Below are positions 45,001 to 55,700 of a stretch of 57,574 bases of DNA, in pieces (positions within the stretch are counted from its first letter, which is position 1; each line of letters starts with the position of its first letter). A model generated the notes under the pieces. The model ran no database searches and had not been told where the DNA came from. It saw only the letters and a program-made list of their open reading frames with translations. Origin of the DNA: an uncultured Bacillales bacterium (GTDB lineage Bacteria; Bacillota_I; Bacilli_A; RF39; UBA660); assembly GCA_946623125.1 (NCBI GenBank), contig CAMOQR010000003.1:1-57574 (forward strand), written 5' to 3'. A program made the translations under genes and the position numbers.

Positions 45001-46582
45001 AACTTCCTACTCCTAATGTTGTAAACTCATAATCTCCTTCTTGCAATAATTCAAATCCATCGGGATCATTTCCAAGAAGTAATGTATCGTCTACTAATAC
45101 TGCATCCCAAGTGTTTTGTCCATAGTCTTCGGGATTGGTTGCGTCTCCTCCCTCTTTTAATGTTAATGGATAAAATCTTAGTGTATTTGAAAAGTTATAA
45201 TTGTTGCTTACAGTCCCTTCTGTTCCACTGTTACCTGCTACAATTTTTCTTCCAGCCTCTAGGGCATTAATTCCACCACTTACTAATGTGTACCCATTTT
45301 TATATACAGAGTTATATGTTTTTGGTAAAAAACCAACGGTTTGTTCTACTGTAGTTGCCGGTATTTCAATATACTGATATTTTTTACTTGATGTCGCAGT
45401 TTTTGTATCTACATCGCCATCTATTCCGTTTATTGTTAGAGTTGACTCAACATTTAATGAATGTTCTTCTCCGTCGTGTAGATTTGATTTTGGATATTTT
45501 ACCATAAAATATGTGTATTCATAATCTTCATAAGATTTACTTGGTGTATTAATAAATGCATATTCATATTGGTTTTTTTGAACTCTTCCTTCTGTAGTTT
45601 GGCCAAAGCAAGTATTCTCATAACCAGTATAGTAATATCTGCAATATCCAATTACTTCTCCTCCTAATTCATCTGTTGATCTTGCAGTTACCACCGCAGT
45701 ATATGGTTGAGTGGCATAATTCACTCTTCCATCTGTATACCATATTGCATATACGTAGTCATCTGGATTTTCTGGTTTTAAATCTGCACTCCAATTCTTA
45801 TTCCATGATGTGTATACATTTACACTTTTTCCTGTTGCTGTATCGGTATGAGTGCTATAACTCATCGTGTAAGAATTCACTTTGGCATGTGATGCATAAT
45901 TCATTGTTAATGTATTAGATTCTGTCTCGATTTCATTATTACCATCTAAGTCGCTATCAATTGATAGTTTACCTTGTATTGTTTTTGTATAACCATTTGC
46001 TACAGTAGATGGTGTTGGTAAAATCCATGTTATGGAACATTCAAAAGCATATGATGCTGGAATTACTTGATAGTTTTCTAATATTAAATACTCTTGATTA
46101 TCCGTAGGGTCTAATTCATATCGATAGTTAAAACCGGTTCCTTCTGCATTTGGATATTCTACTAGTGGAACATCGATTATTTGAGTTGAAAGAGGTAGTC
46201 CATCTCTTCCATAAAAAACATTTTTAGGAAGTTTTATTTTGATGGCTCCAACGGGAATATCTTCTGACCCTCCCATATTAAATACCAATTGATAGGTTAC
46301 TTGTGCCCCTCCTCCAGTGTTGTTATATTCATTATAGATATTGTTTTCGTTTGGACTTACTGTTAAAACAGATTTATCATTTGATGAAGTAATTCCATGA
46401 CTATTTGTTTTATTATCTGTTATCCATGTTATTGAAAATTGTCCAATATCATTATCTGTTATTCGAAACTGAAAAAAAGGAATCTTCTTTCCTGATTTCA
46501 TGAAATTAAAGCTAAAAAAGATTCCAAAAAATGTTACTATAATCAATATAAAAATAATTGTTAACTTTTTTATATTTTTCAT
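42020..46582 (-). CDS. 1520-aa surface adhesin/pilin-like protein with C-terminal Cna-B/SpaA-type Ig-like domains and NPKTY sorting-like signal
   Basis: N-terminal signal/anchor. C-terminal GTIKVNKRIKGD...FQFIIRL and GGLTFENGVAKFTVKSNESLEIKNLPAGYYYEIEEV..GYT are typical of Cna-B/prealbumin-like domains. It ends VKNPKTY plus a hydrophobic span plus KKEKANE. Confidence 0.7.
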   Translation of the reverse strand: MKNIKKLTIIFILIIVTFFGIFFSFNFMKSGKKIPFFQFRITDNDIGQFSITWITDNKTNSHGITSSNDKSVLTVSPNENNIYNEYNNTGGGAQVTYQLVFNMGGSEDIPVGAIKIKLPKNVFYGRDGLPLSTQIIDVPLVEYPNAEGTGFNYRYELDPTDNQEYLILENYQVIPASYAFECSITWILPTPSTVANGYTKTIQGKLSIDSDLDGNNEIETESNTLTMNYASHAKVNSYTMSYSTHTDTATGKSVNVYTSWNKNWSADLKPENPDDYVYAIWYTDGRVNYATQPYTAVVTARSTDELGGEVIGYCRYYYTGYENTCFGQTTEGRVQKNQYEYAFINTPSKSYEDYEYTYFMVKYPKSNLHDGEEHSLNVESTLTINGIDGDVDTKTATSSKKYQYIEIPATTVEQTVGFLPKTYNSVYKNGYTLVSGGINALEAGRKIVAGNSGTEGTVSNNYNFSNTLRFYPLTLKEGGDATNPEDYGQNTWDAVLVDDTLLLGNDPDGFELLQEGDYEFTTLGVGSYSGTNYIYSQWSSTNSSTKVTTNYTGWTTTSTNTSDLPPILLYYKKNGEWNYFAKVTKVGNYTYDYELLDETIKSYDCTNKKNNIYGIPLPEGVSGVKAVSTNKNYSISMTLYVHVRLKPSAHVKNIMKNQKSVKLYNYSGSYAVDYKGNIYSKEVDDRGSYQTLPNGKISEIVNAKDIADYGKEIYHYHYYSRPYTEYGPTTGYATIYTRIVDGKTYSDKWVKYSNNTAKRRIEAEYTAVSYERVTYNSNNLSDTDMIDMKILKEQKAGTFYDLLPKGMTVSPETVTVETFDTTITDSSTPSSPTSLKAGIVVPTKVSKIENWKNSGRTMMVVSVALPADQSSNYVPKGTSTERYVYSGFVLKFTGYYDWDRIPDYGNSLVNTVAYKSENTDLSNGYADDSSELSSSYVDKDYFIDLDQDGNASTKKDTVYAQRSASFSFNTASDSFFNKAVITPGLDEYTDGQDGSAKTTGGGYYTYRLRYATQRNLSTSDLVIYDILENYQSKDKEQWKGSFVSIDTSQIEKKGANPVVYYSTSDPSSFNIYDNGKASIDKPLPSSINDLANNSKWTTTPPDDLSRVTAIAIDISKKKSGDAFILENEESVVATITMQAPTRNVEELEKNNAYAYNAAWWSGTTKQGDEPAHFNLSVYEYTKVGITTPKLNIRKTAKVNKKDLPTVKFKENLVYNLSVSNNNEHESFSKVIIEDDIPSNVTPNLDEISFYKEGIGNEDNSTLLKDSSLVKMTNSGSKLTFEISQILAQEEIHILIPTTPKSLINTQVDNNFALKAFNNKTFEIKSETTEHRIETGTIKVNKRIKGDLFPEKDEFQFIIRLMSPEVFESRGRSIRENEFRKELQRENDHDSISKEMLEEVSANSTEIVDESVNGEIGGLTFENGVAKFTVKSNESLEIKNLPAGYYYEIEEVGYEVKGYTMTSSGEKGQIIDQKTSDVEFVNTYTVKNPKTYVPIVIILGTILSLSIFPIYRIIKKEKANE

Positions 46583-46644
46583 TAGTTCACCATCATATCA
46601 TCTTATTATATTTTTATTATAACACATCTTTTTTATATTTTAAA

Positions 46645-46684
46645 TTATAAAAAAGAATTAATGTCCAGTATAACATTAATTCTT
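46645..46684 (-). terminator. terminator after the Cof-like gene
   Basis: AAGAATTAATGT-N8-ACATTAATTCTT followed by T6. It overlaps the stop codon. Confidence 0.6.
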
Positions 46685-47359
46685 TATTTTTTTTAAAACA
46701 GATTCTACTCCTTTTTTTTGATTACTTTTTGTTTTGTTTTTTGTTCGGGATTTTAGACTTTTTATTGCATTGCTTACAACATAAGTATTTGGTATTTTTG
46801 TTATCCATTCTTTTTCACTTTCATTTCCTATAAAGGCTAAAATATCGTTTTTTTTAAGATTTTCTATTTGCATTATTTTTTCAAAACTACTCATAGAATT
46901 TGTGTTAGATATCTCTAAAAAAAGTTGTTTGTCTTTTATCAAAAGTGTTCCATTATTATTTATTTTTTCTTTATCTTTTTTTGATATAATTATCTCTATT
47001 TTCACAACGTTCTCATTAGGTTTTTCATACCATACTTTTTCTTTTGTATAGTATATCATTTTACTATTATGATAAGTTTCTTCTATCCACTCTATTTGTT
47101 TTTTTGATAAATTGTTTTCTAAGATTATTTTGTTTTTTTCTACATCATAGACTATGCTTCCATTCAAAGCAATAATATAATCTATAAATGGATAATCATT
47201 ATTATAATAAAGTGCTTCTTGTAATGATCTATTTGTAATTATTGTTAATTTTGCGCCACTTTGTTTCCATTTATCTATTTCAAACATAGTTGATGTTGGA
47301 ATGGCATCTTCTTTATCAAGTAGTGTATTTTCCATACTAATTGCTAACATTTTTATCAT
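46676..47359 (-). CDS. Cof-type HAD-fold protein with degenerate catalytic motifs (probable pseudoenzyme)
   Basis: The fold-level pattern is Cof-like (..ITNRS.., ALNGS). Motif I reads ISMENTLL instead of DxDGTLL, and motif IV reads GNESE instead of GDxxND. Confidence 0.5.
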   Translation of the reverse strand: MIKMLAISMENTLLDKEDAIPTSTMFEIDKWKQSGAKLTIITNRSLQEALYYNNDYPFIDYIIALNGSIVYDVEKNKIILENNLSKKQIEWIEETYHNSKMIYYTKEKVWYEKPNENVVKIEIIISKKDKEKINNNGTLLIKDKQLFLEISNTNSMSSFEKIMQIENLKKNDILAFIGNESEKEWITKIPNTYVVSNAIKSLKSRTKNKTKSNQKKGVESVLKKIKN

Positions 47360-47963
47360 TTTTATTCCCCCTAAAATGATGATTTCCTAATGTTATTCCG
47401 TTTATTAATAATGTGATTGCTAATAAATATCCTCCTAATACGTCACTTGGATAATGTACCCCTACATATATTCTGCTTATTCCTATTAACAATATCAATA
47501 ATGTTAGTAGGAATACAAAAACTATCTTTTTTTTCTTGTTTTGTTCTTTTGTGATGATAAAATAAATCAACACTCCATATAAACATAATGAGATCATTGA
47601 GTGTCCACTAGGGAATGAATATCCTCCTTGCTTTATTAAACGCAGATGATTTGGTCTTGGCCTTTTTATAATGAATTTTAAAATTTGATTCATTCCAACC
47701 GTTACAATTGTATTCATTCCTAATAAAAATCTATCTTTTTGATTCAATTTTATTAATAATAGAATAATGATACATAAGACAGGTACTGTATTACCAAATT
47801 TTGTGATTGTTTTCATAAATTGATCCATTGGCTTAGATCGAAGAGATATTATCATTTGATATATACCGGTATCAAATTTTTCTATTTTATTTGAAATTAC
47901 AAAATAAGTTATCATTAGGAAAAGTAGAAAACAAAATATAGATAAATAATATTTTTTCTTCAT
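47337..47963 (-). CDS. PAP2-family phosphatase (undecaprenyl-diphosphate/phosphatidic-acid phosphatase type)
   Basis: KFIIKRPRP, SFPSGHS and SRIYVGVHYPSDV tripartite PAP2 signature. Polytopic. Confidence 0.8.
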   Translation of the reverse strand: MKKKYYLSIFCFLLFLMITYFVISNKIEKFDTGIYQMIISLRSKPMDQFMKTITKFGNTVPVLCIIILLLIKLNQKDRFLLGMNTIVTVGMNQILKFIIKRPRPNHLRLIKQGGYSFPSGHSMISLCLYGVLIYFIITKEQNKKKKIVFVFLLTLLILLIGISRIYVGVHYPSDVLGGYLLAITLLINGITLGNHHFRGNKNDKNVSN

Positions 47964-47965
47964 TT

Positions 47966-49159
47966 TTATCCTTCCAATGATTTTCTTACTTCTTCTTTGT
48001 AGACCTCAACACCTGGCTGATCAAATGGATTTACTTGAAATAAATATCCGGAGAATGCAGCGGCTAATTGAAAGAAATATATAAGAGTTGAGATGGTTTC
48101 CTCACTTATTTCATCTAATGTTAGTTCAATACATGGTACCCCACCTTTATAATGTGCTCTCATTACAGAATCTTCAACTAAATTATTGATCTCATGCAAA
48201 TTTCTATTTTGATAATCAATATAATTTGATGTATTTTCTACTTTTATAAAAGTTTCAAACATTATTTTATTGCCTTCTTGTATGAATTGACCTAATGAAT
48301 GTAAATCTCTTGTATGAATTGTTGAAATTGGTAGTATTCCAACACCATTTTTCCCTTCTGTTTCTCCAAATAATTGTTTTAACCACTCCGTAAAAAAAGA
48401 CATATTTTCTTCATAAACGCAAAAGTTTTCTACTACTTTGTTTGCTTTAAATAATAAATAACGTATCACTGCATATTGATAACTTTCATCAAGCAATCTT
48501 TTCCCATAATAATATCCACTTATAATTTCATCTAGGTCGTAATTGATTGCTAATGGTAGTAAATGTGCTGGAGTAATAAAGGAATATCTTCCACCTATAT
48601 TTTCTGGTATTTCAAATGATAAGTAACCTTCTTCGTTAACTTCTTCTCTAAGATTACCTTTTTCTTTATCTGTGGTAATGATAATATGATTTTTAATTTC
48701 TTCTTTTGTATATTTTCTTTTTAATAAGTCTTTTATTAATTTGTAGGCAATAGATGTTTCCATTGTAGTTCCGCTTTTACTAATTACATTTATACAAAAA
48801 TTTTTGTTTTTTAAATATTTTAAAAGTTCATCTAAATATTTACTTGATAATGTAGTCCCTGCATATATTATTTCAAATTTATCATCTTGGAAGTAATCTC
48901 GAAGCATTTTATCAAATGCATAACTTCCTAAAAATGATCCACCAATTCCTATCACTACTAGGCAGTCAAAATGTGATTTAATATCGTTTGCAGTTTGCTT
49001 TATTCTTTTTACTAGTTCTGGATTTATTCTTTGAAGCCATCCATTCTTATCACTTGAATTCAATTTTTCAACTATTTCATTTTTTTTTGTCATTAAAGTT
49101 TGATATTCTTCTTTGTCTATATATCGATCTACATAAGTATTAAAATCATATTTTAACAT
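47966..49159 (-). CDS. pgi: glucose-6-phosphate isomerase (short ~400-aa form)
   Basis: GIGGSFLGS, ISKSGTTMET and GGRYS motifs of the PGI/SIS family. Confidence 0.8.
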   Translation of the reverse strand: MLKYDFNTYVDRYIDKEEYQTLMTKKNEIVEKLNSSDKNGWLQRINPELVKRIKQTANDIKSHFDCLVVIGIGGSFLGSYAFDKMLRDYFQDDKFEIIYAGTTLSSKYLDELLKYLKNKNFCINVISKSGTTMETSIAYKLIKDLLKRKYTKEEIKNHIIITTDKEKGNLREEVNEEGYLSFEIPENIGGRYSFITPAHLLPLAINYDLDEIISGYYYGKRLLDESYQYAVIRYLLFKANKVVENFCVYEENMSFFTEWLKQLFGETEGKNGVGILPISTIHTRDLHSLGQFIQEGNKIMFETFIKVENTSNYIDYQNRNLHEINNLVEDSVMRAHYKGGVPCIELTLDEISEETISTLIYFFQLAAAFSGYLFQVNPFDQPGVEVYKEEVRKSLEG

Positions 49160-49198
49160 TTCATCACTCTCCTTATTTTATTATACCATTATTTTTCT

Positions 49199-49669
49199 TT
49201 ATTGATCATTCTTATTTCCTTCGTATATAATTGCCTCATATAATAGATCAACCAAATGATTTGAATCCTTTAAGTGATATTTTTCTTTTATAATATCAAA
49301 AATATCCTCTCGATATTCTAAGTTTAAATATGGGTATATTAATTCTTTTTTGTTTTTAATATCTTGTAAATAATCATTTGTATATTTATTTTCCATTAAT
49401 ATTAATGGATAATCTTCACACCATTTTTTGAATTTTTCAGGTATAAAATACTTATTTTTTACATAAGTAAACATCTGTTTATCATATTGTATCATTCTTC
49501 TCAAATCGTCATTATCAATTAAATAATCTTCTACTCGATAATCAAATCGGTCTACTAATTTGATTCCTTGTAGTTTCAATGCACTTATTTGTGCAATAAA
49601 GCCTTTCTCACTATTACTATGAGTTGGAATTATTTCTACTATTATATATTTATCTTTTTGAAGGTTCAT
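49199..49669 (-). CDS. hypothetical protein (~157 aa)
   Basis: ORF. Start taken at MNLQKDKY, 9 nt after GGAG. No secure motif. Confidence 0.45.
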   Translation of the reverse strand: MNLQKDKYIIVEIIPTHSNSEKGFIAQISALKLQGIKLVDRFDYRVEDYLIDNDDLRRMIQYDKQMFTYVKNKYFIPEKFKKWCEDYPLILMENKYTNDYLQDIKNKKELIYPYLNLEYREDIFDIIKEKYHLKDSNHLVDLLYEAIIYEGNKNDQ

Positions 49670-49723
49670 ATAGATCATCTCCGCTTTTATTATATCAAAG
49701 TTTTTACTTTTTTTCGTATTAAT

Positions 49724-49767
49724 TAAAAAAACAGAAATAGTTATCTCAATTAAGAGATTATTTCTGT
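49724..49767 (-). terminator. terminator after the glucan-synthase gene
   Basis: ACAGAAATA...ATCTC-N6-GAGAT...TATTTCTGT compound hairpin followed by T7 on the minus strand. Confidence 0.65.
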
Positions 49768-49777
49768 TTTATTTTTA

Positions 49778-52700
49778 CTACAATTTAATTTTCAATTCTA
49801 TTGTATGTTTTTTTCCATCGTTTGTTAAATTTATTGTATTACTTATGTGAGATTTTCCATCTAGTTTTAACGATTCTTTTGATGATTTATCGACCGTTAT
49901 ATCATATGTTGTATCCATATATTTATATGTTAATTTAAAGCCATTCCATGCAATTGGAATTTTAGGTTCTAATTTTAATTTGTCCCCTTGTTTATGAATT
50001 CCAAGTAGCTCCTGAATTCCTACTCGGTAAAACCATCCTGCAGATCCAGTATACCATGTCCATCCTCCTCTTCCTGGGAAGGCTTCAGAGGAATAAATAT
50101 CTGCTGCTATAACATATGGTTCTACTTTGTATTTTTTTACTGATGATTCATTTGCTGTCCGATTAATTGGATTTATCATTTGGAAATATCGATATGCACG
50201 ATCATAGTATCCCATTTTAATTAATGCCATTAAATACCATGAAACCGCATGTGTATATTGTCCTCCATTTTCACGAATTCCTTTTGCATAATTCATAATA
50301 TATCCTGGATTATTTAGGGTTTTCTCAAATGCTGGAGTTAGTAATTTTATAATTTTATTTTCATCATCTACTAGTTTTTCTTCAACTGATGTGATGGCTT
50401 TTTCTGCACGATCTTTTGGAGCAACCTCACTTAAAATTGAAAAGCTTTGAGATATTAAGTCAATTTTACATTCGTTATTCTCATGACTTCCTAATTTGTC
50501 TCCGTTATCAAAGAATGCTCTGAGATAGTATTCTCCATCCCATGTTTTTTTATTTAGATTTTCTTTTAATTTGATATTAAAATCATTATATTTTGTAGTA
50601 TCAATTTTGTTTTTAGATTTTTTTATTATTTTTGTAAAGTCATTGATAATGGTATATAGGAAGAATCCTAACCAGACACTCTCTCCTTTTCCCTTTATTC
50701 CTACTCGATTCATTCCATCATTCCAGTCTCCCCCACCTATTAGTGGAATTTTATGAGGTCCTAATGAATTCATGGAAAGTTCAATTGATTTTAAACAATG
50801 TTCTAATAATGATTCTGTTTTTTCTGTGTAGTTGAAAACAATTCCTTTTTCATTCTCATATTCACTTAATTCTTCTCCTGCAATGTATGGAACTTGTTCT
50901 TCTAGAATACTATAATCTTTAGTAACTTCAATATAATAATTGGTTGCATATACTAACCATAGATAATCATCTTTATATCTGCTTCGTAATCCAAAATGAT
51001 TTTTTTCATGCCACCAATGTAGTACATCTCCCTCTTCAAATTGATGGGCTGCATTAATCAATATTTGTTCCTTTGTATATTTAGGATTTACAGTTGCAAT
51101 ATTCATAGAGTCTTGTAATTGATCCCTATATCCAAAGGCACCACTTACCTGATAAAAACCTGCTTTGGCCATGATTCTAGAACTTATTGTTTGATATAAA
51201 TACCATCCATTCATCATGTAGTCAAATCCTTTATCAGGGGATGTTACCTGTACTACACCCAATACTCTATTCCATCTATCTTTAATTTGCTTTAATTCTT
51301 TCTTTGCATTTTGAACATTTGTAAATTTATTAATTAAAGATTTGTTTTGAGAATCACTTAGACTACATCCTAATACAAATACGATAGTCTTTTCTTCTTC
51401 TTTTTCTAGCGTGATATTAAATGAAATGCTTTTTGTCAACATTTTTTCACAAATTGCTTGCTCAATTTTTTCTGATGAAGACATAAACACATTAATATCT
51501 CCATAGTTGATGCTATATACATTTCTCATTTTAACATAATTATCATCACCCATGAATTCTGTTAGAATGTGTCTTGTTGTTTTTTCTTCAAAATTTCCAA
51601 ATGTAGGGTTAATCCAAAATTCAACATTTGTTTTTAATGAAGTATTTTTTTTGTTTTTTAATTTCATAAGATAGATTTTTACATTATCTTCTTCAGCAAC
51701 AAATTCAGTTATTTCATGTCGTAAATCTTTTGTTTCACTTTCTAAAATACTATATCCAAAGCCATGGGTACATTTTGTTGGATCAAACGTTTTTCCATCA
51801 AATCTAAATCCTTCTGATTTGTCATTTAATACCATCTCATTTGTCCATGACGTTATTTTATACTCACCTGAATTGTATGCATAAGTATATCCACATCCAT
51901 TATTTGTAACAATCGTTCCAAAAGTTTTATTAGAAATTACATTGCTCCATGGTGTTGGAGTATTTCTATTATAAATAACATATTCTTTTCCGTTGTTTTT
52001 AAATCCACCATACCCGTTATCAAAAGTTAATTTTTCAGTTTGTGGAATTTCGATGTTTTCTTCTAGTGGGTAAGTTGGATAATCACTTATTGTATTCTCT
52101 TTTTCTAGATTTGCTACCACTTCTTTTAGGCTTCTAAAATTATCAATTTCAAGTTTTATTCTTGGTACCATATCTAATAGACTTCTATCTTCTGCAGTGA
52201 TATTTTCAGCATTAATTACTGTTACAGATCCTGGTGTGTGATAAAAACTATTTAATGTGTATATTCTATATAGTTCATCTTCTATCTGCTTCTTTATCAT
52301 TTTTTGAGATTGCCCTGTTTCACTATTAATGATAATGATATCCACAAATATGGATTTGTTTTTATAGTATTCAAATGCTTTTAAAATTTCCATAATGAAA
52401 CTCATTTGACTGATATCTTTTATTTCTAATGTTATAATCGGACGATCTCCACTTACTCCAAATTTCCACAATCCATTTTGACCTAATGCATTATTTCTTA
52501 AAAGATTCATTCTTTTTTCATTTACGGATAATTTTGTTGTTTGATACAAGAAATTCAACATAATATTATAGGTTCTCATATTTTCACCCGTAATATTTAA
52601 GTTCTTTGTATCAATTATATTCATCAATGTTGAAATTTTGAATTCTTTATCTAATACAGACTTTGTGTCATAGTACTTTATAATATCTTTTATCTGCTCT

Positions 52701-55700
52701 TGACTTCTACCGAATCCTACTACTATGTATACAGAAACGGATTCATTTGCTGGAATTAACACCTTGTTTCTCATTGATAAAATTGGATCTAAATTATCTC
52801 CTGCATAATTTGTAAGTTTATTACTTAGTGCATTTGCATTATTCAAATTATTGTTTCTACCGATAAAATTACTTCTTTCTGTTTCATATGTATATTCTTC
52901 TACTGTATTTGGAACAATTAGTCTCATAAACATGTAACTATTAATGTTCGTATCTCCTCTGTTTCTTCTTTTTGCAATCAAACTATTTGTTTTTTTATCA
53001 TATTCTGTTGAGATAAACATATTATTGAATACTTTATGACTAACATCATCCATATTTTCAGATAAGATAGGTTCCGTGTAACTAGTTAGTTCAATTGTTT
53101 TATCTTCGTTTGATTCATTCTTGAATGATATTTTTCTTATTTCTGCATGATGAGATTTACAAACTACAATTTCTGTTTTTGTTGAAATTTCATTATCTCT
53201 TCTTAAAAATTTAATTTTGTCAGCTGCAAATATTACCTCATATTTTTCTGGCTTTTTATTCATTGGTGCATAAGTGTTACTCCAAATATAATTATTACTC
53301 ATATCTTTAGCAAATAGGAATACACCATAATCTTGTTCTGTTACTTTTCTGTATCTATTTAATTGTAAAGTTCTATATCTCGAAAAACTATCCCCTCTAT
53401 CATTCATAATTAATGAATACTTTTTATTGGATAATACTGACATCTCTGGCATGTAAGAAATATAATTGAAGTATCTAATATCATTTTCAATTGTTTCTTT
53501 GTTATAATCATATTTTTTGTATCCTGCCATTTTCAAATCAATACTTGTTTTTACTTGAACTTTTTCTTTTAATAGTAATTCAAATGTTCTTATATTAATA
53601 TTTGAATGAAATAATTCTTTAATTATATCTTTTTTTAAATAATTTGTTAATCCTAATAGGCTCATACCTTGATGGTGAGCAAAATAAGATTTTACTATAC
53701 CTTTATTGTCATAATCATATGATTCATAGAAGCCATAATCTGAAAACATATTTAAATCTTTGAATTTTTTCATGTTTTCATAGACATCTTCTGGAAATAA
53801 ATCAACTGCCATTAATGATGAATATGGTGACAATACTATTCTATTTTCTTTTTCTTCTTTCGCTTTTAGATATGGTGTTGCAAAGGCCTTATATTTATAG
53901 TTTAGAGAATTATCTAATTCATTGTATGCCGATTCTGAAATACCCCAAGGCAGTTTTTTTGAAATTGATTTTATATAATCTTTTTGACAGAAATGAACAA
54001 AGTTGTATGATTCATCTAATAAAGTATTTGGATAATTCTTCATAAAAAGTAATGGCATATAATATTCAAATGCTGTTCCACTCCATGAGATTAATCCTTT
54101 TCTTCCTTTATAGGTTGTCAAAGATTTATCTAGACTAAACCAGTGTTTTGATGGGGCATCTCCTAGGCAAATTGCAATATAACTCGTTAGACGTGATTCA
54201 CTTGCAAATTTATTATAATTGTATCCTGAAAGCCTTCCTTCATCTTCATCATAACCAATGCTAAAAACATTTCGTTTCGTGTACAGTTTCTTAAAGTTTG
54301 TGTTTTTTATCAGTTTATCACATAGCCTTACAAGGTCTTCTTCTTCAATTCTTTTTAAGAATTCTCTTGCTACAATATAACTTGCTACTAGGTTCCCCGA
54401 ATCAACAGTAGAAACAAAATTTGGGTTTAAAACTTTCCTTGTTTTTACGTCATACCAGTTATAAAGATGTCCATGCCATTTGTCTAATGAGTCTATTGAT
54501 TTTAAAATTTTATCTAAATATTCTATCGTTGTTTCTTTATCGATAAATTCTAATTCATATGCGCTAATTACAGATGTCAATGAAAATCCTAATGCAGTTG
54601 GTGATGTTCTATGATCAAGTTTTGGTTCTCTATTTTCTTGATAATTATCAGGTATTAAATAGTTGTTCTCTTCCGTTAAGTTATCTTCAAAATATTTCCA
54701 TGTTTTTAAAGCAATTTCTTTTAATTCATTAATTTGCTTGTCTTTAAGTTGAATTCTATTATGAGATATATCTTTGCTGACATAATATAATACGAATGGC
54801 CCACTAATGAATATAATTGCAATTATATATGCTGCAACATTTTTTGTTATGAAACCTATTCCAATAAATATTATTGCTGTAAAAATATTAAATAAAAAAT
54901 TTCTAATGTAATTTTTTAGGCTTCCATCAATTGTTTTTTCTACTTCCTCTGCTGTTATCCAGTTTAATAAATTCTTATGACTATAGAATAGACGATACAA
55001 CGTTCTAAAAAATGCATCCATGTATAATTTTGAATAAAATGGTATTGTTGCAAATCCTATATAGGCTCTTAATAATAGGCTTTTTCCTCCATAATATAAA
55101 TTTTTATAGTAAATACTTTTTTTGTGACGTTCTTTTATTGTCATTTTGCTTTTTAAAAAGAAGAAAATAGAAATTGCTAATTCTAAAATTACAAGAGATA
55201 TCCAAACATAGGATTTATATCCTTTAAATGTAAAAGCAAGCAATAAAATTAATAATAAACAAGGATTTAAAAACATTCGAATAATATTGTCTAATATTTT
55301 GTATTTTCCTAGTAAATTAATTGGATTTTTTACCTTTCCTTTATTCTTGTTTGGTACTTTTTTCCCTAACCATCCAATAATTTGAGTATCACCTCTTGCC
55401 CATCTGTGATGTCTTGTTATGTCTGTCAAGAATTTAGATGGAAAATCATCAATTAATTCAATATCTGAAACATATCCGCATCTTAAGTAATTTCCTTCTA
55501 GTAAATCATGAGATAGTATTAAATTGTCTGGAAATGTGTCTCCTAATAGTTTATTGAAAACTTCGACATCATATATTCCTTTTCCTACAAAACTTCCTTC
55601 TCCAAATGTATCTTGATAAACATTAGGTACTACAGCTGTGTAGGTATCAAATCCACCTATTCCAGCAAATATTTGACTATATAGGCTTTTATTGGTTGCT

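Noticed and set aside
49199-49669. Possible degenerate DEDD (DnaQ-like) exonuclease: IIVEIIPT, NKYTNDYL, NHLVDLL resembling Exo I/II/III motifs
   Set aside because: The resemblance rests on three short, imperfect strings with the first catalytic Asp missing. It is too weak without a profile search, so the ORF is left as hypothetical.
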